From NCBI GenBank assembly GCA_038997165.1, contig JAWBAK010000001.1, forward strand, positions 485,320 through 549,319: a stretch of DNA of 64,000 nucleotides, read 5' to 3'. This document shows, in pieces, positions 52,665 through 63,758 of the stretch. The translations under genes were made by a program, and so were the position numbers. The stretch is from Candidatus Aenigmatarchaeota archaeon. Its GTDB lineage: Archaea > Aenigmatarchaeota > Aenigmatarchaeia > CG10238-14 > SpSt-28. The first letter of the stretch is position 1. Each line of letters opens with the position of its first letter. Under the pieces are notes generated by a model that was given only the letters and a program-made list of their open reading frames with translations, did no database searches and was not told where the DNA came from.

Positions 52665-53282
52665 TTATTTATAGAGATTTTTCATATTTTTCAAAAAACT
52701 AATCAAAAATCTTATTGTCGCTAAATCAAATTCTTCTAAATTTTTTCCAGTTATTTCTATTAAATTTATTCTATGAACTTTAATGTATGTTTCATTAGAA
52801 AATAAATAAGATTTTAAAAAAACATAATATTCTCTATTTGAAATGTTTAATTCGTATAAATCTGTTTTTAATTTAATTAAGTTAATTCCAATTTCTTCAT
52901 TATACTTTTTTAATTCAAACTCTAAAACATTTTTTACTTTCGAAATTATTTCAGCTGCTTGAATGGCTGTTGCTTGATTGTTATCTTTTTCAAGAATAAC
53001 AATACTTAAATTTTTATAAATTCCTAATGCTAATGAGTATGTAGATAAATTTAGCATGCTTTCATTCGGAAAAACCTTAATTTTATAAGAATTAGATATA
53101 GGTCTTCTAAATTCTATCAAATATCCTTTATAATCAAAATAAAATTCTTTAGCCTTTTGTAAGTTATAATTGTAACTTAAAAAATAAATTAGAAAAGACA
53201 AAAGTATAGTTAATAAAATGAATGCAATAAGAAATATATTAATTTTAATTTTGATAATTTTTTTTCTGCTAGGTTTTTTCAT
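52665..53282 (-). CDS. Membrane-anchored hypothetical protein
   Basis: Basic N-terminus plus TM helix; start at MKKPS preferred. Confidence 0.65.
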   Translation of the reverse strand: MKKPSRKKIIKIKINIFLIAFILLTILLSFLIYFLSYNYNLQKAKEFYFDYKGYLIEFRRPISNSYKIKVFPNESMLNLSTYSLALGIYKNLSIVILEKDNNQATAIQAAEIISKVKNVLEFELKKYNEEIGINLIKLKTDLYELNISNREYYVFLKSYLFSNETYIKVHRINLIEITGKNLEEFDLATIRFLISFLKNMKNLYK

Positions 53283-53970
53283 ATCTATTATTATTATTAA
53301 AAATATAAATTTTTCCAAAAGGTTCTTCTTGCAAAGTTTTAATTTTTTTCTCTAACTCTAATTGAAGAATTGAAAAAAATTTAATATATATTTCTTTCCA
53401 CTCTCTTTTCTCTAAAATTTCTTCAAAAAAAATTTTTTCTCTATTTTTTATTAATTCCAAAATTTTTTGAAAAACTTCATTAATAATCTTATCTATATCA
53501 ATTTCTTCTATTTTATTTATAATATTTTCTTCAAGAATTTTTCTTTTAAGAAGTCTTTTTTCTTTTTTTTCTTTTTGAGCTAAAATCTTTTTTAGCGAAA
53601 AAATTAATTCATCTAAAGTTACTTGAGATATTGGTAACCTTTTAATGGGTAAATTTAGTTCTAAATTACTAATATCTATTTGTGGTAAATCTAAAATTTC
53701 TCTAATTTTTTCTTGAATTTCTTGTTCTTTTGGAAATAACAAATCAACTTTTAATTTTAATAAAAAAATTGCAATATATAGAACTTTTGCTGGAATTCTA
53801 AAATCTAGTTCTTCTGCTTTTCTTATATATTCTAAGAATTTATCACAAAGTCTAACTAAATCTATATCATAAGGATTTAAATTTTCTATTTCTACTATAT
53901 AATAAATTAATTTTTCCCAATTTCCGCTTTCTATAATTTCAAAAATGCTAATATTGCTGCTATCTTGCAT
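53269..53970 (-). CDS. scpA: Kleisin ScpA
   Basis: NPYDIDL..L.DKFL, A..L..A..LL.LK, F..IL.L, QEEPFG.I; directly after smc. Confidence 0.92.
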   Translation of the reverse strand: MQDSSNISIFEIIESGNWEKLIYYIVEIENLNPYDIDLVRLCDKFLEYIRKAEELDFRIPAKVLYIAIFLLKLKVDLLFPKEQEIQEKIREILDLPQIDISNLELNLPIKRLPISQVTLDELIFSLKKILAQKEKKEKRLLKRKILEENIINKIEEIDIDKIINEVFQKILELIKNREKIFFEEILEKREWKEIYIKFFSILQLELEKKIKTLQEEPFGKIYIFNNNNRYEKT

Positions 53971-56413
53971 ATTCCTCTATTTTTAAACTAAGTATTTTAG
54001 ATTCTCCCTCATCTAAAGTAACTCCGTATAGTGTATCTGCATACTTTACGGTAATATCGTTATGAGTTATTATAATTATTTGTGTTGTTTTAGAAATTTC
54101 CTTTAATAAGTTTGCAATTTTTTCTGAATTTATTTTATCTAAAGCTGCGTCAATTTCATCCAATGCATAAAAAGCTGTAGGTTTTATTAATTGCAAAGAT
54201 AATAAAAATAAAATAGCAACTAATGTTTTTTCTCCACCAGATAAACTATCTAAATCAACGTATCCCTTTTCTGGAAATTTAACTTTTATTAGTAATCCGC
54301 TATCTAAATTACTATTATCTTCTAATTCCAATTTTGCTTCTCCTCCAACAACTTTATTGAATAAATAATTAAATCTTTCTGAAACTAAGTTTAAAGTATT
54401 AAAGAAAGTTTCTCTTCTCTTCTTTTCTATTTCATTAATCATTTCAATTACTTTATTTTTTTCTTCCTTTATTTTATCGAATTTTTGCTTTAAATTTTCG
54501 AATTCTTCCTTAATTTTCTCAAATTCATCTATTGCTTTAAAATTTATAGGTCCTAGTGATTTTAATTCAAAATAGACCTTATCATACATTATTGTAAGTT
54601 TTTCTATGTTTTCATCGATAATTTTCTCAATATCTTTAAACTCTTCTAATTCAGTTATATATCTTTCTTTTTCAGCTTCTAGTTTAGCAATTTTAATTTT
54701 ATTATTAGCAACCTTGTTTTGCAAATTAATTTTTTCGTCGAACAATTTTTTTCTTTCTCTTCTTATTTTTTCTAATTCTTTTTCATCTATTTCAGGCAAA
54801 ACTTGAATTTCTATTGGCTTAATTTTTCTTATTTTTTCTTCTAAACTTCTTATTTCTATTTCTAGCAATCTATTTTCTTCTTCTAATTTTTTAATTATTT
54901 CTCTATACTTTTCTATTTCTTTAGATTTTGAGGTATCAGTAATAATTTTTTTTACAACATATCCTCCACTAACTGCTCCGCTTCTCTCTATTAAATCTCC
55001 TTCTAATGTTACCATTCTAACTTTTCCTATTCCAACTCTTTTTGCTGTATCTAAATCTTTAATTATTAAAGTAGTACCAAAAACAAATTCAAAAGCAGGT
55101 CGAAATTTTTTATCATATTCTATTAAATCACTTGCAATTCCTATGACACCATCTATTTCTAAAAATCTTTCATCCAATCTTTTGTAATTAATTTTATCTA
55201 GAGGTAAAAAAGTCGCTCTACCTATTTTTTCCTTTTTCAAATATTCTATGCACGCTTTTGCAACTTCAAAATTTTCAACAACAATATCAAATAAATGATT
55301 AGCTGCAGCAATTTCAATTGCTAATTGATATTCTTCTGGAACTCTCATTAAATTGTGAATAGTTCCATATACACCGTTTAAACCTAAATTTAAAATTTCT
55401 TTTACCGCAATAGGAATTTCTTTTTCGCTTCTAATACTTTCTAAACTATGTATTACATTTAGTAACCTTTCAATTTCTTTTCTATTATATTCGTACTTAG
55501 TTTTTTTAATTTCTAATTCAACTTTTAAATTACTTTCCTCCTCTTTCTTACTTATTTGTTTTATAGTTTTTAAAAGTTTTTCAATTTCTTTTTCTTTTTC
55601 ATCAATTTCTTTATCTAAATTTAAAATTTTTTCAGAAATTTCCTGAATATTTTTTTCAAATTCTTCATTTTGTTTTTTAATAATTTCTATTTGATTATCA
55701 ATTTCTTCTATTTTTTTGATTAATAAAGATTTCTTAATAGTTCTTAACTCTCTTTCTAATTCTTTATATTTTAATGCTAAATTCTTTTGTTCTTCTAATT
55801 CTTTATATTTTTTATATTTTTCTGTAATTATAATTTCAAATTCTCTTAATCTTTGTTCTATTTTTTCTAGATCTTGTAAAGCTTTTTCTTTCTTTTGATT
55901 ATATTCATAAATTCCAGAAAGTTGATCGATAATTTCTCTTCTTTCCTTTTCACTCATTTCAACTATTCTAGTTACATCTCCTTGTAAAATTATATTATAA
56001 CCATCTGGCCTTAAGTTTGCAAAACTTAATAATTCTAATACTCTTTCTCTAGTTTCGGTTTTATCATTTATTTTATAAATTGTATGACCTTTTCTATTAA
56101 CTTTTCTAGTTATTATAACTTCATCGCTATCTATTGGAAATTTTCTATCCGAATTGTCAAAAATTATCGAAACAGAAGCTATATCAGCTGGCTTTTTAGT
56201 TTCAGTTCCTCTAAAAATTAATTCACTTAATTTTTCTGCTCTCATTTGTTTTGCAGAAATTTTTCCCAAAACAAAACAAATTGCATCTATTATATTAGAT
56301 TTTCCACTTCCATTAGGTCCTATTATTACGTTTAAACCATTTATAAACTGAATAACAGTTTTTCTATTAAAACTTTTAAAACCCTGTAAAATAATTTTTT
56401 TAATGTAAACCAT
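53960..56413 (-). CDS. smc: SMC ATPase with hinge and short arms (817 aa)
   Basis: GFKSF, GPNGSGKSN, hinge GRATFLPL/VTLEG..G...GG, LSGGEK, LDEIDAALD. Confidence 0.95.
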   Translation of the reverse strand: MVYIKKIILQGFKSFNRKTVIQFINGLNVIIGPNGSGKSNIIDAICFVLGKISAKQMRAEKLSELIFRGTETKKPADIASVSIIFDNSDRKFPIDSDEVIITRKVNRKGHTIYKINDKTETRERVLELLSFANLRPDGYNIILQGDVTRIVEMSEKERREIIDQLSGIYEYNQKKEKALQDLEKIEQRLREFEIIITEKYKKYKELEEQKNLALKYKELERELRTIKKSLLIKKIEEIDNQIEIIKKQNEEFEKNIQEISEKILNLDKEIDEKEKEIEKLLKTIKQISKKEEESNLKVELEIKKTKYEYNRKEIERLLNVIHSLESIRSEKEIPIAVKEILNLGLNGVYGTIHNLMRVPEEYQLAIEIAAANHLFDIVVENFEVAKACIEYLKKEKIGRATFLPLDKINYKRLDERFLEIDGVIGIASDLIEYDKKFRPAFEFVFGTTLIIKDLDTAKRVGIGKVRMVTLEGDLIERSGAVSGGYVVKKIITDTSKSKEIEKYREIIKKLEEENRLLEIEIRSLEEKIRKIKPIEIQVLPEIDEKELEKIRRERKKLFDEKINLQNKVANNKIKIAKLEAEKERYITELEEFKDIEKIIDENIEKLTIMYDKVYFELKSLGPINFKAIDEFEKIKEEFENLKQKFDKIKEEKNKVIEMINEIEKKRRETFFNTLNLVSERFNYLFNKVVGGEAKLELEDNSNLDSGLLIKVKFPEKGYVDLDSLSGGEKTLVAILFLLSLQLIKPTAFYALDEIDAALDKINSEKIANLLKEISKTTQIIIITHNDITVKYADTLYGVTLDEGESKILSLKIEEYAR

Positions 56414-56494
56414 AATTAATATACGACAAAGTTAAAAATTAAATAAAATATTAAAAAATTAAACTAGATAAAATTACAATTTTATAATTTATAC

Positions 56495-56566
56495 GGGCCG
56501 GTAGCTCAGTGGAAGAGCGCCCGCCTTGCAAGCGGGAGGCCCGGGGTTCGAATCCCCGCCGGTCCA
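56495..56566 (+). tRNA. tRNA-Ala(TGC)
   Basis: cccgc-ct TGC aa-gcggg arm; G3:U70 pair. Confidence 0.96.
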
Positions 56567-56573
56567 TTTCATT

Positions 56574-57764
56574 TTATTTAGGATAAATAATTACTCTATT
56601 TCCTTTTTCTAAAGAGTTTAGATATTTTTCTAATTTTTCATAATTTTTCATTTTTGTAAAAATAATTTTTTCAAATTGCTCAAAAGAAATATTAAACAAC
56701 TTAATTAATATTGCATCATAGTACATTTTCTTAAATAAATTATTTTTAATTTTTTCAAAAACTAATCTTTGTCTTTTAATTCTACCATTTACATATTCAT
56801 TACTTATATAATCACTATAATTACTAATTATTTCGTTAATCGCCTTCTCCAATATTTGTTCTTTTTCCTTTTCAAAACCAGGAATCAATAATGAGAAAAT
56901 TATTTGCTCTGGATAAATATATGTATTTTCTAATTGCTGAACATATCCAATTCCATATTTATTTCTAAGAATTTGAAATAATTTAGAGGAAATTCCGCCA
57001 GAAAGTATTGAAGATAATGCTTCTAGATCAAAAAATTCTTCAATTTTATAATTTTTACTTAATGCAAAATATATTTGATTTTGAGTATGAAGATTTAAAT
57101 AAATGTCTTTTCCTTTCGATTTTGTAGGTATTTTTAATTTTACATCTTTATTTTCTAATTTTGAAAAATATTTTATAACCAAATCTATATGCTTTTTGTT
57201 AAAATTTCCTTCCAACAAAATGAACATATTATTTGCAGAATAATATTTTTCTTTAAATTCTTCTAAGTCTTTTTTAGTAATACTTTTTATACTTTCTCTA
57301 TTCCCAATTATACTTCTTCCATAATCAGAATTTCCAAATACTGAGTTTGGAATAGAAGAAATTAATTTATCTTCTGGATTATTCTCGTTTCTTTCTATTT
57401 CACTAAGAACAACCTTCTTTTCTTTTTCAAATTCTTCTTCTTTAAATTTTTCATTAGAAAACATTGAAAACAAAATATCAATTATTTTGTTAAAACCATG
57501 TGGAATTGTTTCTACAAAATAAAAAGTTAAACATGTTGATGTAAAAGCGTTTGAAATAGCTCCAGATAATTCTAAACCTTCATCAATTTGTTGAGACGAA
57601 TATTTTTCGTTGCTTTTAAACATCATATGCTCTAAAAAATGAGAAATTCCTGGAATTTCTTCATATATACTTCCTACATTTACTCCTATTCCAATTCCAA
57701 TATTTTTATTTTCAGTTTTTATTGTATAAATTTTTAAATTATTATCCAAAAGAATTTTATTCAT
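56574..57764 (-). CDS. M16 family zinc peptidase
   Basis: GISHFLEHMMF (HxxEH), NAFTS, SSKLFQ.LR. Confidence 0.92.
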   Translation of the reverse strand: MNKILLDNNLKIYTIKTENKNIGIGIGVNVGSIYEEIPGISHFLEHMMFKSNEKYSSQQIDEGLELSGAISNAFTSTCLTFYFVETIPHGFNKIIDILFSMFSNEKFKEEEFEKEKKVVLSEIERNENNPEDKLISSIPNSVFGNSDYGRSIIGNRESIKSITKKDLEEFKEKYYSANNMFILLEGNFNKKHIDLVIKYFSKLENKDVKLKIPTKSKGKDIYLNLHTQNQIYFALSKNYKIEEFFDLEALSSILSGGISSKLFQILRNKYGIGYVQQLENTYIYPEQIIFSLLIPGFEKEKEQILEKAINEIISNYSDYISNEYVNGRIKRQRLVFEKIKNNLFKKMYYDAILIKLFNISFEQFEKIIFTKMKNYEKLEKYLNSLEKGNRVIIYPK

Positions 57765-57772
57765 AAAAAACT

Positions 57773-59287
57773 TTAATTTATGCAGTTTTTAATAAATCCA
57801 ATAAAAATTGGATGGGGATCCAAAAATTTTGAAGAAAATTCGGGATGAAATTGAGTACCTATAAAAAATTTATGAGAAGGAATTTCTCCAATTTGCATAA
57901 TATTTTCTTCTTCTTTTGAAGTCCCTGAAAATATGAATCCATTTTTTTCTAGAATCTCTACATATTTTGGATTTACTTCATATCTATGTCTAAATCTTTC
58001 TATAACTTCTTCTTTAGAATATAATTTATAAGCTAACGTACCTTTTTTAATTTTAACTATTTGCCCACCTAATCTCATAGTTGCTCCATATTTTTTCTCT
58101 TTTAGCAATTCTTTTTGCCAAGGTAATAAATCTATTATAGGATGTGGAGTATTTTCATCTATTTCTGTTGAGTTTGCATTTTTTAGGTTACAAACATTTC
58201 TTGCAAATTCTATTGCTTTAATCTTTCCTATAGTTTCAATAGAACCAAATCCACCAGGAACTATTATACCATCGATATTCTTTAATTTATTTATTTCTTT
58301 TTTGTTATTTTCTAAAATTTTAGAATTTATAAAATTTAATAATGGTTTTACTTTAAGTGCTGCACACGCATGCTTAACAGCTTCTATAACAGAAATATAT
58401 GCATCTGGAAGCTCAAAATCCCCTATATCAAAATATTTTCCAATAATTCCAATTCTAATATGTATAGTGGAATTTTTTAAATTATTAACCAATTTTCCCA
58501 TTTTTTTAGTTTTGAAGATTTTTTAGGTAAACTAAGCTTTTCTAATATTTTATTTCCAAAATTTTGCTTTTCAAAAATTAATGGTAATTCATAAATAACT
58601 TCTAAATCTGGTGCTGAAATTATATCTTCTTTTTTGATATTACACATTTATCTAATTCTCTTTCTGATCTAGCTACAATAAAATCAGGTAAAATACTTAA
58701 TCTTCCTAAAAGTTCTACACTTTGTTGTGCAGGTTTTGTTTTCATTTCACCTAAATGTTTTGGAATTGGTAAATAAACAACATGAATAAATAATACATTA
58801 TCTCCCTCAGTTTTCATCATTCTTGCAGCTCTATAATATATTTCATTTTGATATTCCCTACAGTTCCACCAATCTCTATAAGAACTATATCTGCACGATC
58901 TTTTTCCCTATATTTCTAATCCATTCCTTTATTTCATTAGTTACATGTGGAATAGCTTCTACAGTTTTTCCTAAATATTCACCCCTTCTTTCCTTTTCTA
59001 TAACTTTATAGTATATTTTTCCAGTAGTTATGTTATGATCTTTAGTTAAATTTATTCCTAAAAACCTTTCATAATGTCCTATATCTTCGTCTGTTTCCCC
59101 TCCATCCAAAGTTACAAAAACTTCTCCATGTTCAGTTGGTCTTAATGTACTAATTAAGATAAGGATCAATTTTTATTGCAGTAACTTTATAACCTTTAGA
59201 AATTAGTATTCTTCCTATTGACGCAGTTACTATACCTTTCCCTATACCACTAATAACTCCACCACTTATAAAAATGTATGAAACCAT
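57773..59287 (-). pseudogene. pyrG: CTP synthase, fragmented
   Basis: GG.ISGIGKG, HGEVFV..DG.ETD.D.GHYERF, KTKP.Q.SV, PGGFG, RFRHRYE and QFHPE spread over several disrupted frames; GICLG segment deleted. Confidence 0.92.
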
Positions 59288-59325
59288 ATAATTTAGTAAA
59301 AAGATTTAATTTAAGCTTATTTTTA

Positions 59326-59425
<100 letters not shown>

Positions 59426-59477
59426 TTATAATTTAAATTATCTCAAAATTTAAATTAATAATTTTTATTAAATTTAA

Positions 59478-60674
59478 ATGAAGATAGGATTTATTTCTGA
59501 TTTACACTTAGGTTTTGGAAAAGAAAGAGAAATATATGAAGATTGTTTTATTTTGTTTGAAAAAATTCTATTAGAATTAGCTGAAGAATGTGAAATAATA
59601 TTTATTGCTGGTGATTTATTTGATGAAAAAGATCCAAACAACGAAACTATACTAAAAACTTTGCAGATATTTAAAAAGATTAGAAAGAAAGATAAGAAAT
59701 TGAAATTTAAAATAAACGAAAAGGAATTTGAAGAAAAAATTCCAATTATTTTTGCTATTCATGGTAATCACGATAGAAAATTAAAAGATGAAACATCTAT
59801 TTATAAAATTTTTGATGAATTAAACTTTTTTCACTATATAACTATTGGAAAAATAATTTTTGAGAACGAAAAAATTTGTATATATGCTATATCAAATGTA
59901 CCAGAAAAATATGCAAAAGATGTACTAAAAGAAAAATTAAATCCCAAACCAATTGGAAATTATTTTAACATTTTAGTTTTACATCAAAATATCTTTCCAT
60001 TTATTTATTCTCAAGAAGAAAGCAGTTTAAAAATAAGCGATTTACCAAAAGATTTTAATTTAATAGTTAATGGACACATTCATTTAAGAAATGTTGAAAG
60101 AATAGAAAATTTAACACTCTTAATATTAGGAAGTCCTATAATTACTCAAATCAGCGAAAAAGAAATTAATGAAAAAAGAGGATATAATATTGTTGAAATA
60201 GAAGATGATTCAAAAAACTTTAAAATATTTTTTAAGGAAGTTGAACTACCAAGAAAATATTATCTATTAGAATTCGAAAGCGATAATTTCAAAATAGAAA
60301 ATTTTATTCAAAGAATTAATGAAATAATAAGTAAAAATAAAGAAAAGCCAGTAATAAAAATTAAACTAGTTGGAAAAAAAGAGTTGGAAGATAGAATTCT
60401 AAAGAATATATTATCTGTTTTTGAAGATAAAGCAATAATAAGATTTGAAAATTTAATTGAAAGCGAGAAAATATTGGAAATACAAAAAGAAATTCAAATA
60501 ATAAAAGAAAAAAAGAGCATCGATGAGATTATTTTATCAGTTCTTTTAGAAAAACTGAAAGAAAAAAATTTTTCTAATTCTTTTAATTTTGAAAAATTAT
60601 TAGAGTTATTTGAAGATGGCGATGTTGATAGTTTAGTTGATATTTTAACAAAAACACAAAAAACATTAGCTTAA
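59478..60674 (+). CDS. mre11: Mre11 nuclease
   Basis: SDLHLG, AGDLFD, GNHD, GHIH. Confidence 0.93.
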   Translation: MKIGFISDLHLGFGKEREIYEDCFILFEKILLELAEECEIIFIAGDLFDEKDPNNETILKTLQIFKKIRKKDKKLKFKINEKEFEEKIPIIFAIHGNHDRKLKDETSIYKIFDELNFFHYITIGKIIFENEKICIYAISNVPEKYAKDVLKEKLNPKPIGNYFNILVLHQNIFPFIYSQEESSLKISDLPKDFNLIVNGHIHLRNVERIENLTLLILGSPIITQISEKEINEKRGYNIVEIEDDSKNFKIFFKEVELPRKYYLLEFESDNFKIENFIQRINEIISKNKEKPVIKIKLVGKKELEDRILKNILSVFEDKAIIRFENLIESEKILEIQKEIQIIKEKKSIDEIILSVLLEKLKEKNFSNSFNFEKLLELFEDGDVDSLVDILTKTQKTLA

Positions 60675-60675
60675 A

Positions 60676-63021
60676 TTGATGATTAAAAAAATTTATTTAG
60701 AAAATTGGAAATCGCATGAAAAATCTATAATCGAATTTGGAAAAATTAATTTAATTATTGGAAGATTAGGAAGCGGAAAAACTTCTATTACAGATGCAAT
60801 TTCTTATGCTTTATTGGGAAATTTTTCTGATCTAAATTCAAAAAAAATAAAATTAGAAGACATAATAATGAAAAAACCAAAAGAAAAAGATTTTGCAAAA
60901 ATTGTTCTAAATTTTTCACTTAATGAAAAAAATTATGAAATAATTAGAATAATCGAAAAAAATAAGGGAAGTTATTCTGAATTAAAAGAAGATAATAAAA
61001 TTATAAGGTCAGGAACAACAGATGTTAATGAATTTTTACAAAAATTATTGAAAATTGATTTTCAAACATTTATTAATGTTATTTACGCTGAGCAAAATAA
61101 ATTAGAATTTTTTCTGAATTTGGAAAGAGGAGAAAGAAAAGCAAGATTTGATGAAATGATTGGAGTTGAAAAGTTAGAAAGAATTAGAAAAACGTGTGTA
61201 AGTGTAAAAAATAGATTAATAGATATTCATAGAGAGAAGGAAAGATTTTTATCTCAGCTTATCTCTGAAAATTTGGATAAAAAAATAGAAGAAATAAAAA
61301 ACGAAATAGAAAAAATAGAAGAAAAAAATAAAGAACTGGAAAAAATTAAAATTGATTTGGAAACTACTATAAATGAATTAAGGAAAAAAGTTGAAATTGG
61401 CAAAAATATAGAAAAAGAAATTAACAATTTAGAAAAAGAGATTATAGATAAAAAAGCTAAAATTGATAAGATAAGTAATTTAATAGAAGAATTGTTAAAA
61501 GAAATAAAGTACTTTAACAAAGAAGATTTAGAAAAAGAAATAGATAAAATTAAAATTTATCTAATAGAAATAGAAAAAAAACTATTAAAATTAGAAGAAG
61601 ATTTAATTAAAATAGAGAAGGAAAAGGAAGAAAAATATAAAAGCTTAGTAGTTATAAAACAAAATTTTGAGAGAAAGGAAAAAATAGAAAAAAAACTCCT
61701 AGAGTTTAATAATATAGAAATCTTACTCAACGAAATAGAAAAAAGAGAGAAAGAAAAGAAAGAAATGTTAGAAAAAGTTTTAGAAAAACAAAAAGAAATT
61801 GAAAATGAAATAAAGAAAGAGGAAAAATTAGTCGATATTTTAGAAGAAGAATTTAGTATATGTCCAATTTGTGAAAGAGGAATAGATAAAGACAAAAAAG
61901 ATTTATTGAGAGAAAAGCACAAAAATCTTATAGAAAATTTATTAAAAGAGCTTAGTAAAATTAAAGATGAAATTGAGAAGACAAAAAATGAAATTGAGAA
62001 GATCGAGGAAGAAAAAAGAAATATTTTATTAAAGTTTTCTGAAAAGAAAAATTTAGAAAGAGAATTAGAAACCCTAAGTAATATCAATTATAATTTAATT
62101 GAAATTTTAGAAAAAGAAATTTTAGAAAAAGAAGATAAAATAAAAAATATTAAAGAAGAGTTTGAAAAAACGAAAGATGAAAAACATAAAAAAGAAGTAG
62201 CTAAAAAAGAAATAGAATATAATTTAGAGAAGTTTGAAAAAGTAAATAAACTAAAAAAAGAGTTAGAGAATCTAGAAAATAATTTGGAAAATTTAAAAAA
62301 TAGGTTAAAAGATTTAATTGAAATAGAAGAATATAAAAATTTAAAAAATTACGAAAATATTCTAAAAGAATATGAGTTAAAATTTGAAAATACTAAATTG
62401 GAAATTGAAAATAATAAAAAATTGCTTAATGTTTTATTACAAAGAAAAAAAGAAATTGAAGATAGAATTTCTCTTAGAGAAAAAATAAAATCTGAAAAGA
62501 ATTATTTAGAAAGAGTTATAAAAGATTTAAATATTTTAGAAATTTCTACTAAAGAAGCTCAGCTAATAGTTAGAAATAAATTAATAGATGCAATAAATTA
62601 TTATCTTTCTTTATATTGGAGAAAAATTTATCCATATAGAGATTATGTAGATGCAAGATTTATAGCTACTGAAGATGATTATATTTTACAAATAAAAGAT
62701 TCCTTAGGAAGATGGATAGAATTAGATAAAATCGCTTCAGGTGGCGAAAGAACTTTAGCAGCTATTTGCTTAAGAATAGCTTTTTCAAAAGTTTTATCAC
62801 CAATTTTAAATATTATAATTTTTGACGAACCTACACATAATTTAGATGAAGAAGCAATAACACAATTTGCAAGAATAATAAATGAGAATTTTTCAGAAAT
62901 TTTTGATCAAGTATTTATTATAACTCATGACGAAAGATTTAAAAGTATAATTAACGCAAATATAATTAGAGTAGAAAGAAACAAGTTTGAAGATCTGCCT
63001 TCAAAAGTTATAATTGAATGA
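60676..63021 (+). CDS. rad50: Rad50 ATPase
   Basis: G..GSGKTS, CPIC zinc hook, SGGE, FDEPT, THD. Confidence 0.93.
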   Translation: MMIKKIYLENWKSHEKSIIEFGKINLIIGRLGSGKTSITDAISYALLGNFSDLNSKKIKLEDIIMKKPKEKDFAKIVLNFSLNEKNYEIIRIIEKNKGSYSELKEDNKIIRSGTTDVNEFLQKLLKIDFQTFINVIYAEQNKLEFFLNLERGERKARFDEMIGVEKLERIRKTCVSVKNRLIDIHREKERFLSQLISENLDKKIEEIKNEIEKIEEKNKELEKIKIDLETTINELRKKVEIGKNIEKEINNLEKEIIDKKAKIDKISNLIEELLKEIKYFNKEDLEKEIDKIKIYLIEIEKKLLKLEEDLIKIEKEKEEKYKSLVVIKQNFERKEKIEKKLLEFNNIEILLNEIEKREKEKKEMLEKVLEKQKEIENEIKKEEKLVDILEEEFSICPICERGIDKDKKDLLREKHKNLIENLLKELSKIKDEIEKTKNEIEKIEEEKRNILLKFSEKKNLERELETLSNINYNLIEILEKEILEKEDKIKNIKEEFEKTKDEKHKKEVAKKEIEYNLEKFEKVNKLKKELENLENNLENLKNRLKDLIEIEEYKNLKNYENILKEYELKFENTKLEIENNKKLLNVLLQRKKEIEDRISLREKIKSEKNYLERVIKDLNILEISTKEAQLIVRNKLIDAINYYLSLYWRKIYPYRDYVDARFIATEDDYILQIKDSLGRWIELDKIASGGERTLAAICLRIAFSKVLSPILNIIIFDEPTHNLDEEAITQFARIINENFSEIFDQVFIITHDERFKSIINANIIRVERNKFEDLPSKVIIE

Positions 63022-63716
63022 TGAAATTCATAAAAAATTATGCATGTGTTTTTCTAAAAGAAATTTCTTCTTTAGTTATAGGAGATTTGCATATAGGTTA
63101 TGAATTTGAATTAAAAAATCAGGGAATAAATATAGCATATACAGAAAAAATAAAAGATGACATAGAGTTTTGTAGAAATAAAACCAGAGCCAAAAATATA
63201 ATTTTATTAGGAGATACAAAACATTCAATAGGATTACCTACAAATAAAAATGAAATAGAAAAATTAAAAGATTTTTTCAATTTCTTGAAAGAAAATTTTG
63301 AAAAAATATATGTAGTTAAGGGGAATCATGATGGGTTAATAGAAAAAATTATAAAAGATGAAAAAATAAATATTTATTCTTCAAGAGGTTTCTCACTATT
63401 AAAATATGGATTTTTTCATGGAAACTCTTATCCAATAAGTAGTGTGTTAAAATCTAAAATAATTTTTTGTTCTCACGCTCATTCTAAATATCTTTTACCT
63501 AAGGATAAAAAAATATACGAACTTAGAATTTTTTCTATATTTGGTTTAAAAAAAGAATTTGGAAAAAACAAAAAATTAATAATAATTCCGCCTTTTTCTT
63601 CCCTATTAGCTGGAAAAGAAATTGAAGAAGTTATTAAATCTAGTAATATTATTAAAAAATTGGTTGATGTAGAAAATGTTGAAATTTATAGCTTAGATGG
63701 TATAAAGCTTGAATAA
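63018..63716 (+). CDS. Metallophosphoesterase
   Basis: DLHIG, LGD.KH, GNHD, FHG, HAH. Confidence 0.88.
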   Translation: MMKFIKNYACVFLKEISSLVIGDLHIGYEFELKNQGINIAYTEKIKDDIEFCRNKTRAKNIILLGDTKHSIGLPTNKNEIEKLKDFFNFLKENFEKIYVVKGNHDGLIEKIIKDEKINIYSSRGFSLLKYGFFHGNSYPISSVLKSKIIFCSHAHSKYLLPKDKKIYELRIFSIFGLKKEFGKNKKLIIIPPFSSLLAGKEIEEVIKSSNIIKKLVDVENVEIYSLDGIKLE

Positions 63717-63758
63717 ATTTATTTTTTATAAAAACTATTTTATTTTTTATAATGATTA

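Noticed and set aside
57773..59287. Stop-codon recoding or programmed frameshifting to explain broken pyrG and the ATPase copy
   Set aside because: Breaks are mostly indels with loss of catalytic residues; TAA, TAG and TGA all end conserved genes normally.
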